Notes: generated by a model from the letters alone, not told the origin. Shown: positions 20,954-31,420, numbered from the stretch's first letter. The stretch: 64,000 bases of DNA from an uncultured Desulfatitalea sp. (GCA_963668675.2 CAXXMB010000001.1:320001-384000), one strand, 5' to 3'. Numbers and translations: made by a program.

Positions 20954-23818
20954 CTATTCAATCTCGATTTCGACAGGCTCCAGGGGCAATTCCATCGGAG
21001 AGTTGTCATGTGCAGACCGGTCGGTGTCGGGCATCGCACCATATAGATAGCGAATTGTGACCGGGCCATCCAAAGACCTCTCCATAATGATGCGAATCTC
21101 AGTGTTGCCCTTTCGTGTGACTCCGGCAATGGGCTGTGTCGATCCGTCTCCTATGACCTGCCAGCCGCTTATCGCCCTTTGGGGCGTAAAATCGGAGCCC
21201 CCCCTGTGTGAGATGCGAACATCGATGGTGGTGTCGTCAACGAGGATCGCTCCGAAAACGGATGGGCCGCGATAGTAGCTCTCCTCGCCAAGTAGGTAGA
21301 GCACCGTTTGGGCCACCCGCAACCCCAGTGTCGTGTAAGCGGAGGGAGATAGATGTTGCCGCCCCATATTCTCCAGATCGATGCTTGTTGCCGACAGATA
21401 GCACTCCTGCAACGCTTCGGTCACCTTGTATTGCGCCATACGGATCGCCTGGTGGGGGGCATCTTTGCCCACCGGACGCTTAACCATGCCGACAACCAAA
21501 AAGGGGAGCTGCTGTCGGCTGGAACCATTGACAATGTCTTGTCGAACTTGCTGTTCAATAAAGCGCTTCAAGGTGCTTCGATATTGGTTCTCGGAAATCG
21601 TGGCTCTGGCCGCATCTGCTTCACCCTGCATCCACACCACATATTCAAGCGCTCCGCCAGCGTTGGCCACCGCCTTGACGAATCGGTCGTAAATGGCGTC
21701 GTCCGAACGGTCGCTCCAGTACCCGGTTCCCCAGTCGGCCTCTTTGCGCAGTCCTGAGCCGTTGACCGCATAGTCCAGCAGGCCGACCGGGATACCGAGT
21801 TTCCCAATAAGACGGTTGCCGAATGCAACGGCGCCGTTTCCTTTATCACCCATGGCCATCCAGTGGCCATCGCGATGCAAGGAGAGCAGGGTGTGGGGGC
21901 GGAGGTCTGTACCGGTGTGAAACCACTCCTTCATATTGGATTGACCGATACAGGCCACCAGCATTCCGATCCCCCATCTCGATTGGCCCGCATCGTTGAT
22001 TTCGTGTGCATTGGAGAAACGAACCGAGAGACGATACCAGCCGCCCTGTGGTATTTCGGGCAGGATGCCCATGAAGACACCGTCAACGGGTGCACTGTCG
22101 ATGACCGTCCAGGGCGTGATCCACTCTTTGCTTGCGTGGTTGGAAACGCGTGCTTCAATGGCCTGGGGATGGCCCTGAAAGGTACCTGATACAACGATAT
22201 CCGCAGTTGATCCGGTGCGTTGAAACACACGCATCTCCTCCAGATCATGGAGTCGGACCATTGGCAGAGTGGCATCATCTGCGGTGGGGATGGGAGACAG
22301 AGGGGCGGCTGCTTCGATCATACCAGTATTGCCCGGTTGGCTTGGCTGGGGCACTTTATACGTGTCTGTCTCCGGCGACACAACCAGTGAGAGGCCATTG
22401 GCATACTCAAGCAGGTTCGCGCTCGAGATGTAGTAGAGGCCGGTTTGGCGGCCGGGATGGATGTGAAGACGCACCGACGGCTGCACCGGAAGAGCAAAGT
22501 AGAGGCGGTTTTCTCCTTTGTGTATGGGTTTCTCGCCAGCAATCGCCGAAGGGCCGTCAATTCGCCACAGGAGGGTGTCGCTATTCGGAGCGCTAATGTC
22601 CAAGGCGAGGAGCCGTAACGTATGTGGCTCCGAGCCGGGCAAAGAGGGAAGCACAAACGATGCCCCCTCGCCAAGGGATTTGATCTTCAGTTTTTTCTCC
22701 TCCATCTTCAAGGAGAGGTGGGATTGACCTGATACGGTTTTCAGGGGTATCGAATTTTCCTGGTCGGCAAGTGGCTCTATTCCAAGCATTTGACAGATTC
22801 GATCGAGGTCGAGCCGCAGCCTCGCCAACTGAGGGACATCCAGGACGATCATGGCCACATCATAGGTCGATAGATTTTCCATGTGGTTTGATGACGGAAT
22901 AGTATCGCTATAAATGGCATCCGTTCGGTTGAAAGGTCGCGATAGCATCGGCATCAACTCGGCCATCGCCATCCCGCCATAGAGGACCGCCGAAGAGAAG
23001 TGTCGGCCGGTTGGTGCAGTAGGTTCAAGGGGGGCGGTGGAGGTCTCCATCACCAGTGCTGCCAGGTCATGGTGGTTGACCGGAGTCGGCTCCTCGCTTT
23101 TGAAAACGGCAGCCAGCAGGGCTTTGGCGGCAATATCGGCCCCGCGTTGATTCCAGACCGCGCCGGTTTTATCATACAGCAGGTTATCCGGTTGTTTCGC
23201 TTTGATGAGAAGATCATCCAGGCGAACAAACCAATCGACCTTGGCCAGTTTGCACTCGTCGAGAAAAAGATCATAGATGGTTTCGCGGCAATCAGGGGAT
23301 CGGGGGAACACGACGCCTGTATACTCGGGGTAGATCGTCGTTTTATCGGGAGCTACGGTGACGATCAGGCGGCGTCCCGAAAGTTTCGCCAGATGGGCGA
23401 GCGCTGTCAGATCGAATATCATCCGACGCAATCGCTTTTTCTCACCGCATGCACCGAGACGGCTCTGTTCGACGGAAGTTCGTGGATACATCCAGCCTTC
23501 CCGGCCCACAAAGACCTCCCGGACATCGGTCATATTAAAAACCCGGTAGTCCATCCATCGTTTGGCTTTGACCAGGACTTTGCTCATCCCCAGGCGCCCG
23601 TCGACATAGTTTCCCCATGCCTGATAGTATTCCGGCGCCAGCAACGCCCTCCATTCGATGGACGGCGCTTTTGTGTGCGGCTTGACTGGGCCGGCAGACG
23701 AAGCGATGCCGAACAGGCTCAGTACGGTCGGCAAGATAAGCATCAGTATAAAAAGAAGGGAGAAGAGGTGCCATGTTCCGAATCTTTTGGAGTTCTTTGT
23801 GGATTTTTCTTTTTTCAT
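20954..23818 (-). CDS. Fusion of AlgJ/AlgX-like SGNH domain and sialate O-acetylesterase (SASA/CE6-like) domain
   Basis: N-terminal TM, VFVGREGWMY and APDKTTIYPE (AlgJ-like); C-terminal IGQSNM and WMQGEAD (SASA). Confidence 0.8.
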   Translation of the reverse strand: MKKEKSTKNSKRFGTWHLFSLLFILMLILPTVLSLFGIASSAGPVKPHTKAPSIEWRALLAPEYYQAWGNYVDGRLGMSKVLVKAKRWMDYRVFNMTDVREVFVGREGWMYPRTSVEQSRLGACGEKKRLRRMIFDLTALAHLAKLSGRRLIVTVAPDKTTIYPEYTGVVFPRSPDCRETIYDLFLDECKLAKVDWFVRLDDLLIKAKQPDNLLYDKTGAVWNQRGADIAAKALLAAVFKSEEPTPVNHHDLAALVMETSTAPLEPTAPTGRHFSSAVLYGGMAMAELMPMLSRPFNRTDAIYSDTIPSSNHMENLSTYDVAMIVLDVPQLARLRLDLDRICQMLGIEPLADQENSIPLKTVSGQSHLSLKMEEKKLKIKSLGEGASFVLPSLPGSEPHTLRLLALDISAPNSDTLLWRIDGPSAIAGEKPIHKGENRLYFALPVQPSVRLHIHPGRQTGLYYISSANLLEYANGLSLVVSPETDTYKVPQPSQPGNTGMIEAAAPLSPIPTADDATLPMVRLHDLEEMRVFQRTGSTADIVVSGTFQGHPQAIEARVSNHASKEWITPWTVIDSAPVDGVFMGILPEIPQGGWYRLSVRFSNAHEINDAGQSRWGIGMLVACIGQSNMKEWFHTGTDLRPHTLLSLHRDGHWMAMGDKGNGAVAFGNRLIGKLGIPVGLLDYAVNGSGLRKEADWGTGYWSDRSDDAIYDRFVKAVANAGGALEYVVWMQGEADAARATISENQYRSTLKRFIEQQVRQDIVNGSSRQQLPFLVVGMVKRPVGKDAPHQAIRMAQYKVTEALQECYLSATSIDLENMGRQHLSPSAYTTLGLRVAQTVLYLLGEESYYRGPSVFGAILVDDTTIDVRISHRGGSDFTPQRAISGWQVIGDGSTQPIAGVTRKGNTEIRIIMERSLDGPVTIRYLYGAMPDTDRSAHDNSPMELPLEPVEIEIE

Positions 23819-23848
23819 AGTTTCGATAAGGCGTTGCCGGAGATCGCG

Positions 23849-25279
23849 TTAAAAGCGAAAATAGATAAAGGGATTGGCGGCGCCGGCCAAAATAGTCCCT
23901 GCGCAATAGGGCAGTATCAGCAACAGCATCACTGCGCTTACGACACTGCGAAGGGGGCCTTCGGTGTGAAGAACACGTTCAATTTTTGGCAACCGCGGAG
24001 CGCCGATAACCGCTATTGCTGCGATAAGCATAAAGACGATGTTGCGCTGATTCATGACTTGAAAAAGTTCAAACGGTAGCGGCCGGTCGGAGGGCACTAC
24101 CATCGCCTGCGCAAACATGGCAGCAGTGCCGATCGAGTCCGCCCGGAAAAGGACCCAGCCGAAAACCACCAAAAGAAAGGTGGCCAGGCGTCGTCCAATG
24201 GTCCAGCGCGTCGGATGCCAGTTCCGTATCCCTGTCGCCCGCTCTAAGCCGAGGAACAGACCGTGATACAACCCCCATGCAATAAAGGTCCAATTGGCGC
24301 CGTGCCACAGTCCGCAAAGCGTAAAGGTCAGCAGCAGGTTGAAGGCGGTGCGCGCCGATCCCTTTCGGTTACCGCCTAAAGGAATGTATAGATAGTCTCT
24401 GAACCAGGTGCTCAAGGAGATGTGCCATCTGCGCCAGAAGTCCGTCATGCTGACGGCGGCATATGGCCGGTTGAAATTTTCGCGCAACTCAAATCCGAAC
24501 AGCCTGGCCAATCCAATCGCCATATCCGAGTAGGCTGAAAAATCGAAGTAGATCTGCATCGTGTAGGCGATGGCCCCCAACCAGGCGGTCTTGGTGTCCA
24601 GCATGGCAAGGTCCAGACCAAAAACAGCATCCGCCACCTGACCGCAGGCATCGGCAATGAAGACCTTTTTTGAGAGCCCCCAGCAAAACCGCATGGCCCC
24701 CAGATAGAATTGCTCCCACGATTCCAGGCGCTTTCCGAGTTGCGCGCAAATATCCTTGAACCGAACGATGGGGCCGGCAACCAGTTGAGGAAACATGGCC
24801 ACGTAAAGAGCAAAATCCACGAATCGCGTCAAAGCGCTGACCTGACGTCGGTGGATGTCGATGATGTAGCTCAGCTTCTGAAAGGTGAAGAAGGATATGC
24901 CGATGGGCAGGCTGACGGCAACCCAATCCCCGGTGGGAGGGAATCCCAGCGTCGCCAAGCATTGAGATACTTCGGCGACCATGAAGTTGGCGTATTTGAA
25001 GTAGGCGAGCACACCTAAATTGACCAGCACGGAGATGCCCACCCACCACTTGGCATGGCGCCTCTGTTTTTCGATAAGAAGTCCGAGAAGATAATCCGCG
25101 GCCGTGGAGGCTAACAGGATCAGGACGAACTCTGCGGCCCCGTAAGCGTAGAACAGGTAGCTGAAGACCAGTAGAACACCATTACGGAGCCTGTTGCCAA
25201 GCAAGGCCCTCTGAGTGTAATAGCAGACAATGGCGGCAGGAAGAAAAACTAAAAGAAAAACCGTACTGGCGAATAGCAT
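23849..25279 (-). CDS. MBOAT O-acyltransferase, AlgI/PatA family
   Basis: MLFAS start, LAYFKY, LPIGISFFTFQ, FPQLVAGPIVR, DFWRRWHISLSTWFRDYLYIPLGG, GLWHGA, FIYFRF end. Confidence 0.93.
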   Translation of the reverse strand: MLFASTVFLLVFLPAAIVCYYTQRALLGNRLRNGVLLVFSYLFYAYGAAEFVLILLASTAADYLLGLLIEKQRRHAKWWVGISVLVNLGVLAYFKYANFMVAEVSQCLATLGFPPTGDWVAVSLPIGISFFTFQKLSYIIDIHRRQVSALTRFVDFALYVAMFPQLVAGPIVRFKDICAQLGKRLESWEQFYLGAMRFCWGLSKKVFIADACGQVADAVFGLDLAMLDTKTAWLGAIAYTMQIYFDFSAYSDMAIGLARLFGFELRENFNRPYAAVSMTDFWRRWHISLSTWFRDYLYIPLGGNRKGSARTAFNLLLTFTLCGLWHGANWTFIAWGLYHGLFLGLERATGIRNWHPTRWTIGRRLATFLLVVFGWVLFRADSIGTAAMFAQAMVVPSDRPLPFELFQVMNQRNIVFMLIAAIAVIGAPRLPKIERVLHTEGPLRSVVSAVMLLLILPYCAGTILAGAANPFIYFRF

Positions 25280-25614
25280 GGCAGCACGAATATCCGCGTC
25301 GTGTTTATATTTCCGGGTGTTTGTGGTATGTCTGCAGGGTTGTTGTCGTGGGGCGGCGTGTTTTTTGCATTGACAGCCCCGTTGATGCGTTGAATCTCGG
25401 CAGACCGGACACATATATGCTTCCGTGGGGGCATTGTCAAGTTTGCCGGAGGGCGCCGATCTGAGCAATCGGTGTGATCCCAGCGGGCGGCCGTGATACC
25501 AAACAGGTAACGGGGGAGCAGTCGACCACCTTTGCCGGGAGCGTAATGACGTAATGAATACAGATGTAATGCTCGTTGCAGCACCACTTGCCCGATAGGG
25601 AAGGAGCAGGAGCG

Positions 25615-26325
25615 ATGCCGGAAACCTTTATGATCACTTATGAGTTCACCCTGCCTGACGGGGGCAAGGAGATATTCGATCTCACGTTTGATACCCTGAC
25701 GACTGAATTGATCACCGATGTACATAAAAAGGAACTTTTCTGGACCCGTTTAGACTTTGAGCGGTGCCCTCACTGTCCTTTGCAACCCGATCGCAGCCCA
25801 CATTGCCCTGTTGCACTGAATCTGGTTCCGGCCATCGATAAATTTGACCGCCTCATGTCATTCGACCGCGTTTCCGTCAAGGTGCTCAGTTCTGAGCGCC
25901 AGGTTGAACTGCAGACGACAGCCCAGGAGGGATTGAGCTCTTTGATGGGGCTTCTTATTGCCGGCAGCAGCTGCCCGTATACCCATTTTTTCAAACCCAT
26001 GGCGAGGTTTCATCTCCCCTTTGCCAGCAAAGACGAAACCATATGGCGGGCGGCCGCCACATTCCTGTTGGGGCGCTACTTTACAGCCGATGGCGTTTGT
26101 GAAGCAGATCTGAAACTCGATGGGTTGGTCAAGATATATGACGATGTGGCACGTTTGAACGATGCCATGGTTCAGCGTCTGAGGACGGCTACTTCAAAAG
26201 ATTCGGCGGTAAATGCACTGGTTCATCTGGATGTATTTGCAAAATTTCTCATGCCACCCCTCGAGGACTCTCTGGCGCAGATCAGATCGATCTTCGGTCC
26301 TTTTCTGAATTCGATCCGAAAATGA
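25615..26325 (+). CDS. Conserved hypothetical Cys-motif protein (DUF6901-like)
   Basis: AAGGAGCAGGAG RBS; CPHCPL..HCP, SSCP, KPMARFHLPFA. Confidence 0.7.
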   Translation: MPETFMITYEFTLPDGGKEIFDLTFDTLTTELITDVHKKELFWTRLDFERCPHCPLQPDRSPHCPVALNLVPAIDKFDRLMSFDRVSVKVLSSERQVELQTTAQEGLSSLMGLLIAGSSCPYTHFFKPMARFHLPFASKDETIWRAAATFLLGRYFTADGVCEADLKLDGLVKIYDDVARLNDAMVQRLRTATSKDSAVNALVHLDVFAKFLMPPLEDSLAQIRSIFGPFLNSIRK

Positions 26326-26343
26326 CGGTTGCTCCGGTGCGCA

Positions 26344-26616
26344 TTAGAAAAATTCGACGGCAAATCCGACATTGTTCTGCCACTCGATACGGGCTTTACG
26401 TTTTACGTTTTTGTCGCCGCCTGTGAAGGGAATACTGACGATGATCACGTCGCCGGGCGAGAATTGATTGACACTGGACGTGGTGATGAAAGCCCCGCCG
26501 AGGCTGATGTTTTCAATGGTTCCGCTGTAAGCGCGTCCCTTGAAGGCAAACAGCACATCGGCAAGGTATGCTTTTCTCTCGTGTTTGCGCCTGAAATCAA
26601 AACCGTTATCGCTCAT
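26344..26616 (-). CDS. Stand-alone PilZ-domain protein
   Basis: RKHER (RxxxR) and NISLGG (D/NxSxxG) motifs, ends GFAVEF. Confidence 0.88.
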   Translation of the reverse strand: MSDNGFDFRRKHERKAYLADVLFAFKGRAYSGTIENISLGGAFITTSSVNQFSPGDVIIVSIPFTGGDKNVKRKARIEWQNNVGFAVEFF

Positions 26617-26852
26617 ATCCAATTTACCTCTCGTTCTCGCTGAAGAAACCTTGTTGACATAGAAAATATTTAAATATAAAGCCTTACGCTGTCAACAATC
26701 AGCGTGGGCTATCTTACGGCCCAACTCTGCAGCGCCGATCCTGGCGCCTTCTTGAACAGGCACCTACTGCCTCTATCGTCTCTTGTTGTATATCAATTTC
26801 AATCGATTGTATCTCCGGTTCCCGCTGCGATACCGGTGATCGGTGGTGATTT

Positions 26853-27512
26853 ATGAAATCCATGAAACACATCCCCTTGCATGAACGCCCGAGGGAGAAG
26901 CTGGCCCAAAAGGGCGCTCAGTCCCTTTCCGACGTTGAGCTTTTGGCCGTTTTGCTGGGGAGCGGCACCCGTAGAACAGGTGTCATGTCCCTGGCCACCC
27001 GATTGCTCCAGCAACTCGATCGTTTGGGCCATGCGCCAACCGTGGAACAGCTCACTGTGGTCGACGGTGTTGGCAGCGCCAAGGCCTCCCTCCTCGTGGC
27101 CGGATTGGAGTTTGCCCGCAGGCGTATCCGACCGCATGGGTTCAAGATCGGTTTTCCACCCGATGCCTATCCCTTAATTCGGCACATGGCCGATCGGACT
27201 CAAGAGCATTTTTTATGCATTTCGCTCAATGGGGCCAATGAGGTGATTGCAGTGCGAACCGTTTCGGTTGGATTGGTCAACCGCGCCCTGGTCCATCCAC
27301 GAGAAGTGTTTGCAGATCCCATCACAGATCGGGCCTCGGCCGTGATCGTGGCCCACAACCATCCTTCCGGGAATCTGACCCCCAGCCAGGATGATCTGTC
27401 CGTCACGGCGCAACTCAAAGCCGCCGGCAACACCCTCGGGCTCAAACTGCTCGACCACATTATTTTCAACCATGAAAGCTATTACAGCCTGATGGAGAAT
27501 GGCCAGTTATAA
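26853..27512 (+). CDS. radC: RadC/UPF0758 JAB-domain protein
   Basis: ERPREKL..GAQSLSDVELLA, VHPREVF, HNHPSG, LLDHII. Confidence 0.93.
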   Translation: MKSMKHIPLHERPREKLAQKGAQSLSDVELLAVLLGSGTRRTGVMSLATRLLQQLDRLGHAPTVEQLTVVDGVGSAKASLLVAGLEFARRRIRPHGFKIGFPPDAYPLIRHMADRTQEHFLCISLNGANEVIAVRTVSVGLVNRALVHPREVFADPITDRASAVIVAHNHPSGNLTPSQDDLSVTAQLKAAGNTLGLKLLDHIIFNHESYYSLMENGQL

Positions 27513-27547
27513 TTCAACTTTCGGGTTTCGCAACATCGACATATGGA

Positions 27548-27635
27548 GGTGAGTCCAGCGGGTGGTCTGCACCTCATCAGCTTAGCGACACTTTAATGCA
27601 TTTGCGTGAGGTGCAAACCACCCACTGGACTCGCC
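27548..27635. repeat. Long intergenic inverted repeat (29-nt arms)
   Basis: GGTGAGTCCAGCGGGTGGTCTGCACCTCA (27548-27576) versus TGAGGTGCAAACCACCCACTGGACTCGCC (27607-27635), 3 mismatches. Confidence 0.85.
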
Positions 27636-27703
27636 GGATCATGAACACTGATAGTTGAGTAATAAGAAGGCAAGGGGATTTGCGCAGACGTTTCGGCAGG
27701 TAT

Positions 27704-28351
27704 CTACACGAATGCCATCGCAACCCGGTTGACCAGTGCCCATATGGCGTCCGCTGCGAGAATCGTCTCGATAGGTCGGTCAAAAAGCACCTGTATGCGC
27801 GGCTTGAACTCGCTGTCACCGGTCCAGAGGAGGAAATAGAGGGCCAGGCGTGGAAAGGGGAGCAGTCTGAATGCGGCGTCGGCCATATCCATCGGATGGC
27901 CATCCAATTTTTTGCATGCGCTGATAAACCCCTGGCGGTCCTCGCCGAAACGTTGGATGAGCGGTGCCAGTCGAAATTCGTGCGGGCCTGAAAAGAAGTG
28001 CCCCTCCTTGAGCTCTTTTGCCCCGACGATATCCTGCCCCATAGGGAAAATCTGTTGCACGTTCTTCAAATAGAGGACAGTGACCATGGTCAGCAGCGGG
28101 TCATCTTCTGTTTCCCATTCATTTCCACCACTCCGCCTCCTGAGGCATCGCTGCGCCAGATCGATCTCCATGTCCATATTGAGAAAACGAAAGCGAAAAC
28201 GCCCATCATCAGCAGGTTCGAAGAAAGAGAGGTTGCAGATATCGGTGGTGTCCCGACTCGCTGCGCCCTGCCAATACGCTTTGGCCAGGACCAGATGGGA
28301 TCCGTCATCCGCATAGGCACTGGGGGATTGACTCTGACGACGTTTCTGCAT
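27704..28351 (-). CDS. DUF3786-family protein
   Basis: GHFFSGPH, FPRLALYFLLWTGDSEF, LAADAIWAL motifs. Confidence 0.75.
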   Translation of the reverse strand: MQKRRQSQSPSAYADDGSHLVLAKAYWQGAASRDTTDICNLSFFEPADDGRFRFRFLNMDMEIDLAQRCLRRRSGGNEWETEDDPLLTMVTVLYLKNVQQIFPMGQDIVGAKELKEGHFFSGPHEFRLAPLIQRFGEDRQGFISACKKLDGHPMDMADAAFRLLPFPRLALYFLLWTGDSEFKPRIQVLFDRPIETILAADAIWALVNRVAMAFV

Positions 28352-28442
28352 ATCGATATATCCTGCAGTTTATGCCGCAGGCGCCCGTGGGCATCGGTCG
28401 CTCTCTCCGGATGGTGGGTTCATGCCCCAACCTGCGCAACGG

Positions 28443-30032
28443 TTATATCAACGCTCTGAAGGTGGGACGAATCTCAACTTTGCCTTTTAAAAACTGTTTC
28501 ACTGCCTGAATTGGGACTTCGCGGCGGTGAAAGATACCTGCTGCAAGGGCTGCGTCGGCGTTGGTCTGGCTGAAAACCTCTTCGAAGTGCTCCACGACAC
28601 CCGCACCGCTCGATGCGATGACCGGTATGGAGACGGCCTCTTTGACCGCGCGGACCAATTCGAGATCGTATCCCGAGTTGGTGCCGTCGCGATCGATGCA
28701 GTTGAGCAGGATCTCTCCGGCACCGAGTTTTTCACACACCTGGGCCAGCGTGATCGCATCGACCGGACGCCCCTCGCGCCCCCCTTTGATGGTGCATTGG
28801 TACCAGCAGTAGTTTTCTCCATTGGGACCCGGCGATTTTGTTGCAATCACCTGGTGGGGCACCTCATCGGGTGAGGCCACATAGATGCGGCGCGGGTCGA
28901 TGGAGATCACCACGGCCTGACTGCCGTAGACGTATGAGATGCGTTCGATAGCGCTCCGGCCGGTGGCCTGGCCGCTCTCAAGATAGGCCTCTACGATCTC
29001 CACCGCGTCGCTGCCAATGGACACTTTGTCAGCACCCGAGCGAAAGTAGGCCGAGGCAACCTCCAGGGCAGAATAGGTACGTCCTTCGGCGTCGGTGAAG
29101 TCCCGAATGCCACCGCCGATGGTCAGCGGAACGAACACGCGCTGTGAGGTCTGCCTGAGCACCTCGAGCATGGGCATATCCGCCAGGGGAAAGTCCCGGA
29201 AACCGGTAATGTTCAAAAAGGTGATCTCGTCGGCCCCCTCTTCGTAGTAGCGCCTGGCAAGCTCTACCGGCTTTCCCAGATTACGGACTTCGCCCTCTTC
29301 ACGCACATCGTATTGGTCCCCCTTGGTCACCACCAGATCATTGCGGTCGTTGGCGCGCACATCCAGACAGGCGATGACGCGTTTGGCCAATTGGGTACGG
29401 CTGCTATTCGTCACGGGTACTACCGGTGAGAGAGACGGATCCAGAAAGTTTTTCAGCAGCCGCAACCCGACCGTACCGCTCTTTTCCGGGTGGTATTGGG
29501 TGGCGATGATGTTTCCTTCCTGAATGGCGCTTACGAATTCACAGCCGTAGTCGGTGGTGGTGAGAACGATCTGCCGATCTTCGGGAACCACGTGGTATGA
29601 GTGGACAAAATAGAATTTTTCATCCCCGGTCACCCCGTTGAACAGCCGCGACGGCTTCTGAACCTTGATGCCGTTCCAGCCGATATGGGGGACGGCCCGG
29701 TCGATTCTGAAACGGTTGACGCTGCCTTTGAAGAGACCCAGGCCCGGCGTATCGGGTGATTCCTCTCCATATTCGAACAGGGCGTGCATGCCCAGGCAGA
29801 TGCCCAGAAAAGGGCGTCCTGAGGTGATATAGTTTTTCAGCGGCTGTACAAATTGCTTCTCTTCCAATATGCGCATCATATTGCCGAAGGCGCCGACACC
29901 GGGGAACACCAGTTTTTCTGCGCACTCAATATCTTGAGCCGTCGATGCCACCTTGATATGTTCGCCAAGGCTCTCGATGGCATTGATCACGCTGCGCACA
30001 TTTCCGGCACCATAATCGAGCAGGGTAATCAT
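28443..30032 (-). CDS. hisHF: Bifunctional imidazole glycerol phosphate synthase HisHF
   Basis: Glutaminase (DYGAGN, GICLG, QYHPEKSG) fused to cyclase (RVIACLDV, VVTKGDQYDVRE, GAGEILLNCID, ALAAGIFH). Confidence 0.95.
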   Translation of the reverse strand: MITLLDYGAGNVRSVINAIESLGEHIKVASTAQDIECAEKLVFPGVGAFGNMMRILEEKQFVQPLKNYITSGRPFLGICLGMHALFEYGEESPDTPGLGLFKGSVNRFRIDRAVPHIGWNGIKVQKPSRLFNGVTGDEKFYFVHSYHVVPEDRQIVLTTTDYGCEFVSAIQEGNIIATQYHPEKSGTVGLRLLKNFLDPSLSPVVPVTNSSRTQLAKRVIACLDVRANDRNDLVVTKGDQYDVREEGEVRNLGKPVELARRYYEEGADEITFLNITGFRDFPLADMPMLEVLRQTSQRVFVPLTIGGGIRDFTDAEGRTYSALEVASAYFRSGADKVSIGSDAVEIVEAYLESGQATGRSAIERISYVYGSQAVVISIDPRRIYVASPDEVPHQVIATKSPGPNGENYCWYQCTIKGGREGRPVDAITLAQVCEKLGAGEILLNCIDRDGTNSGYDLELVRAVKEAVSIPVIASSGAGVVEHFEEVFSQTNADAALAAGIFHRREVPIQAVKQFLKGKVEIRPTFRALI

Positions 30033-30154
30033 AGGTCAGTCCTCTTGATACTCTCCTTCGCATAGTTGACTCGGGTGCTCATACCCCAGAAAATCGCATA
30101 ATACAAGGGGATCGCCTCGGTGGTAGATTCAGCTTCAGTTGAGCAGCGTGGCAC

Positions 30155-31420
30155 CTAAGCGGAGCGTTTGATCACGTCATCCAGATAGGAGAGGCCTCTA
30201 ATAAAGGTCTCGTCGTCCATATTCATAAAGGAGAGTTTGAAGTGGTTCTTAAATTCGGGTTTAAATGAAAATTCGCCGCCACGGCACCAGGGAGACTGTG
30301 GCACGGATATCGGCCTCGACGACTTGACCCACAAGCTGTATCCGTTTTGATGATGCTCGGCCATCAAAAACGGGTAGTGTTCAATAACCTCCTCCAGCAT
30401 GGATCTTCGGCTCAGGGCAAGGCGACGCACATTGTCGATATGGCGCTTGTAGTGCCCCTGTTTGATAAATTCACGCAAAAATTTTTGCAGTAGCCCGAAA
30501 GAGTTGATATCGGATGAATATTTGGCATAGACGAACTTGTCATGGAGATCGGCCGGAACGACCATGAATCCCAACCGGACGCCGGCAGAGGTCGTCTGGG
30601 AAAATGATTTGATATGAATGGTGTGATCCGGATCGATATCGATAAAGCGGGGGCCGTCCTCTTTCAATTCGCCCAGGTAGTCGTCTTCGATAATGTAAAA
30701 ACGGTTCTGCCGGGCCCGCCTTACAATGGCCTGCTTTTTTTCTCTGCTATACGAAATGCCGGTGGGATTGTGAATCGAGGGCATCGAATAGAAAAGTTTG
30801 AATTTGCCTTTCAGATGCATGTCCAGCTGGTCGATGTCGGGCCCGTCGGCATTGAGGCGGACAAAATGGCGTGCCCTGAACAGTGAGATGGCGCCAGGGT
30901 AAGTCGGGTCTTCAAAAAGGATTGATTCGGAGATCTTAGCGGCAAACACCTTGGAAACCAAGTCGAGACCCTGCTGGGCACCGGAGATGACCAGCATACG
31001 CTCGGACGGGACATGGTAGTGCTGGCTTAGCACCTGAAGCAGTTCCGGATCTCCCCTTGCAGGTGTCGGTGCCAGTGCGGAGCTCTCTTCGGATACGAAG
31101 AGCTGGTTGAAGATCTGTTGCGCCTTTTTATATGGGAAAAGAAGTTCGTTGAGATAGTCGGTCCTGAAATCGAACCGACCGGCGAAGGTCTGGATCTTTT
31201 CAGGAAAGCGGACGTAGGAGCCACTACCGACCTTGTTTTCGATCAGCCCTTCGTTTTTCAGCCGTTCGAACGCTTTGTGCACGGTTGCCTTGTTGACGCC
31301 GAACTGGCTGGTGATCTTGCGGATCGCGGGAATCCGCTCCCCCGGTTTGTATTGACCGGAAGTGATCCTCTCCTTGAGGGTGTCGGCGATGGCCTGGTAT
31401 AGAGGTTTTTTGGAATTCAT
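30155..31420 (-). CDS. MocR/GabR-family (GntR + aminotransferase-like) regulator, probable PdxR
   Basis: GntR wHTH (PLYQAIAD..IPAIR..FGVNKATV), GAQQGL, EDPTY, HNPTG, IIEDDY; divergent from pdxST. Confidence 0.88.
   Translation of the reverse strand: MNSKKPLYQAIADTLKERITSGQYKPGERIPAIRKITSQFGVNKATVHKAFERLKNEGLIENKVGSGSYVRFPEKIQTFAGRFDFRTDYLNELLFPYKKAQQIFNQLFVSEESSALAPTPARGDPELLQVLSQHYHVPSERMLVISGAQQGLDLVSKVFAAKISESILFEDPTYPGAISLFRARHFVRLNADGPDIDQLDMHLKGKFKLFYSMPSIHNPTGISYSREKKQAIVRRARQNRFYIIEDDYLGELKEDGPRFIDIDPDHTIHIKSFSQTTSAGVRLGFMVVPADLHDKFVYAKYSSDINSFGLLQKFLREFIKQGHYKRHIDNVRRLALSRRSMLEEVIEHYPFLMAEHHQNGYSLWVKSSRPISVPQSPWCRGGEFSFKPEFKNHFKLSFMNMDDETFIRGLSYLDDVIKRSA

Noticed and set aside
26853..27512. 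radC as a marker of a prophage or integrative element
   Set aside because: Full-length chromosomal form with N-terminal domain; no integrase, att site or phage genes nearby.
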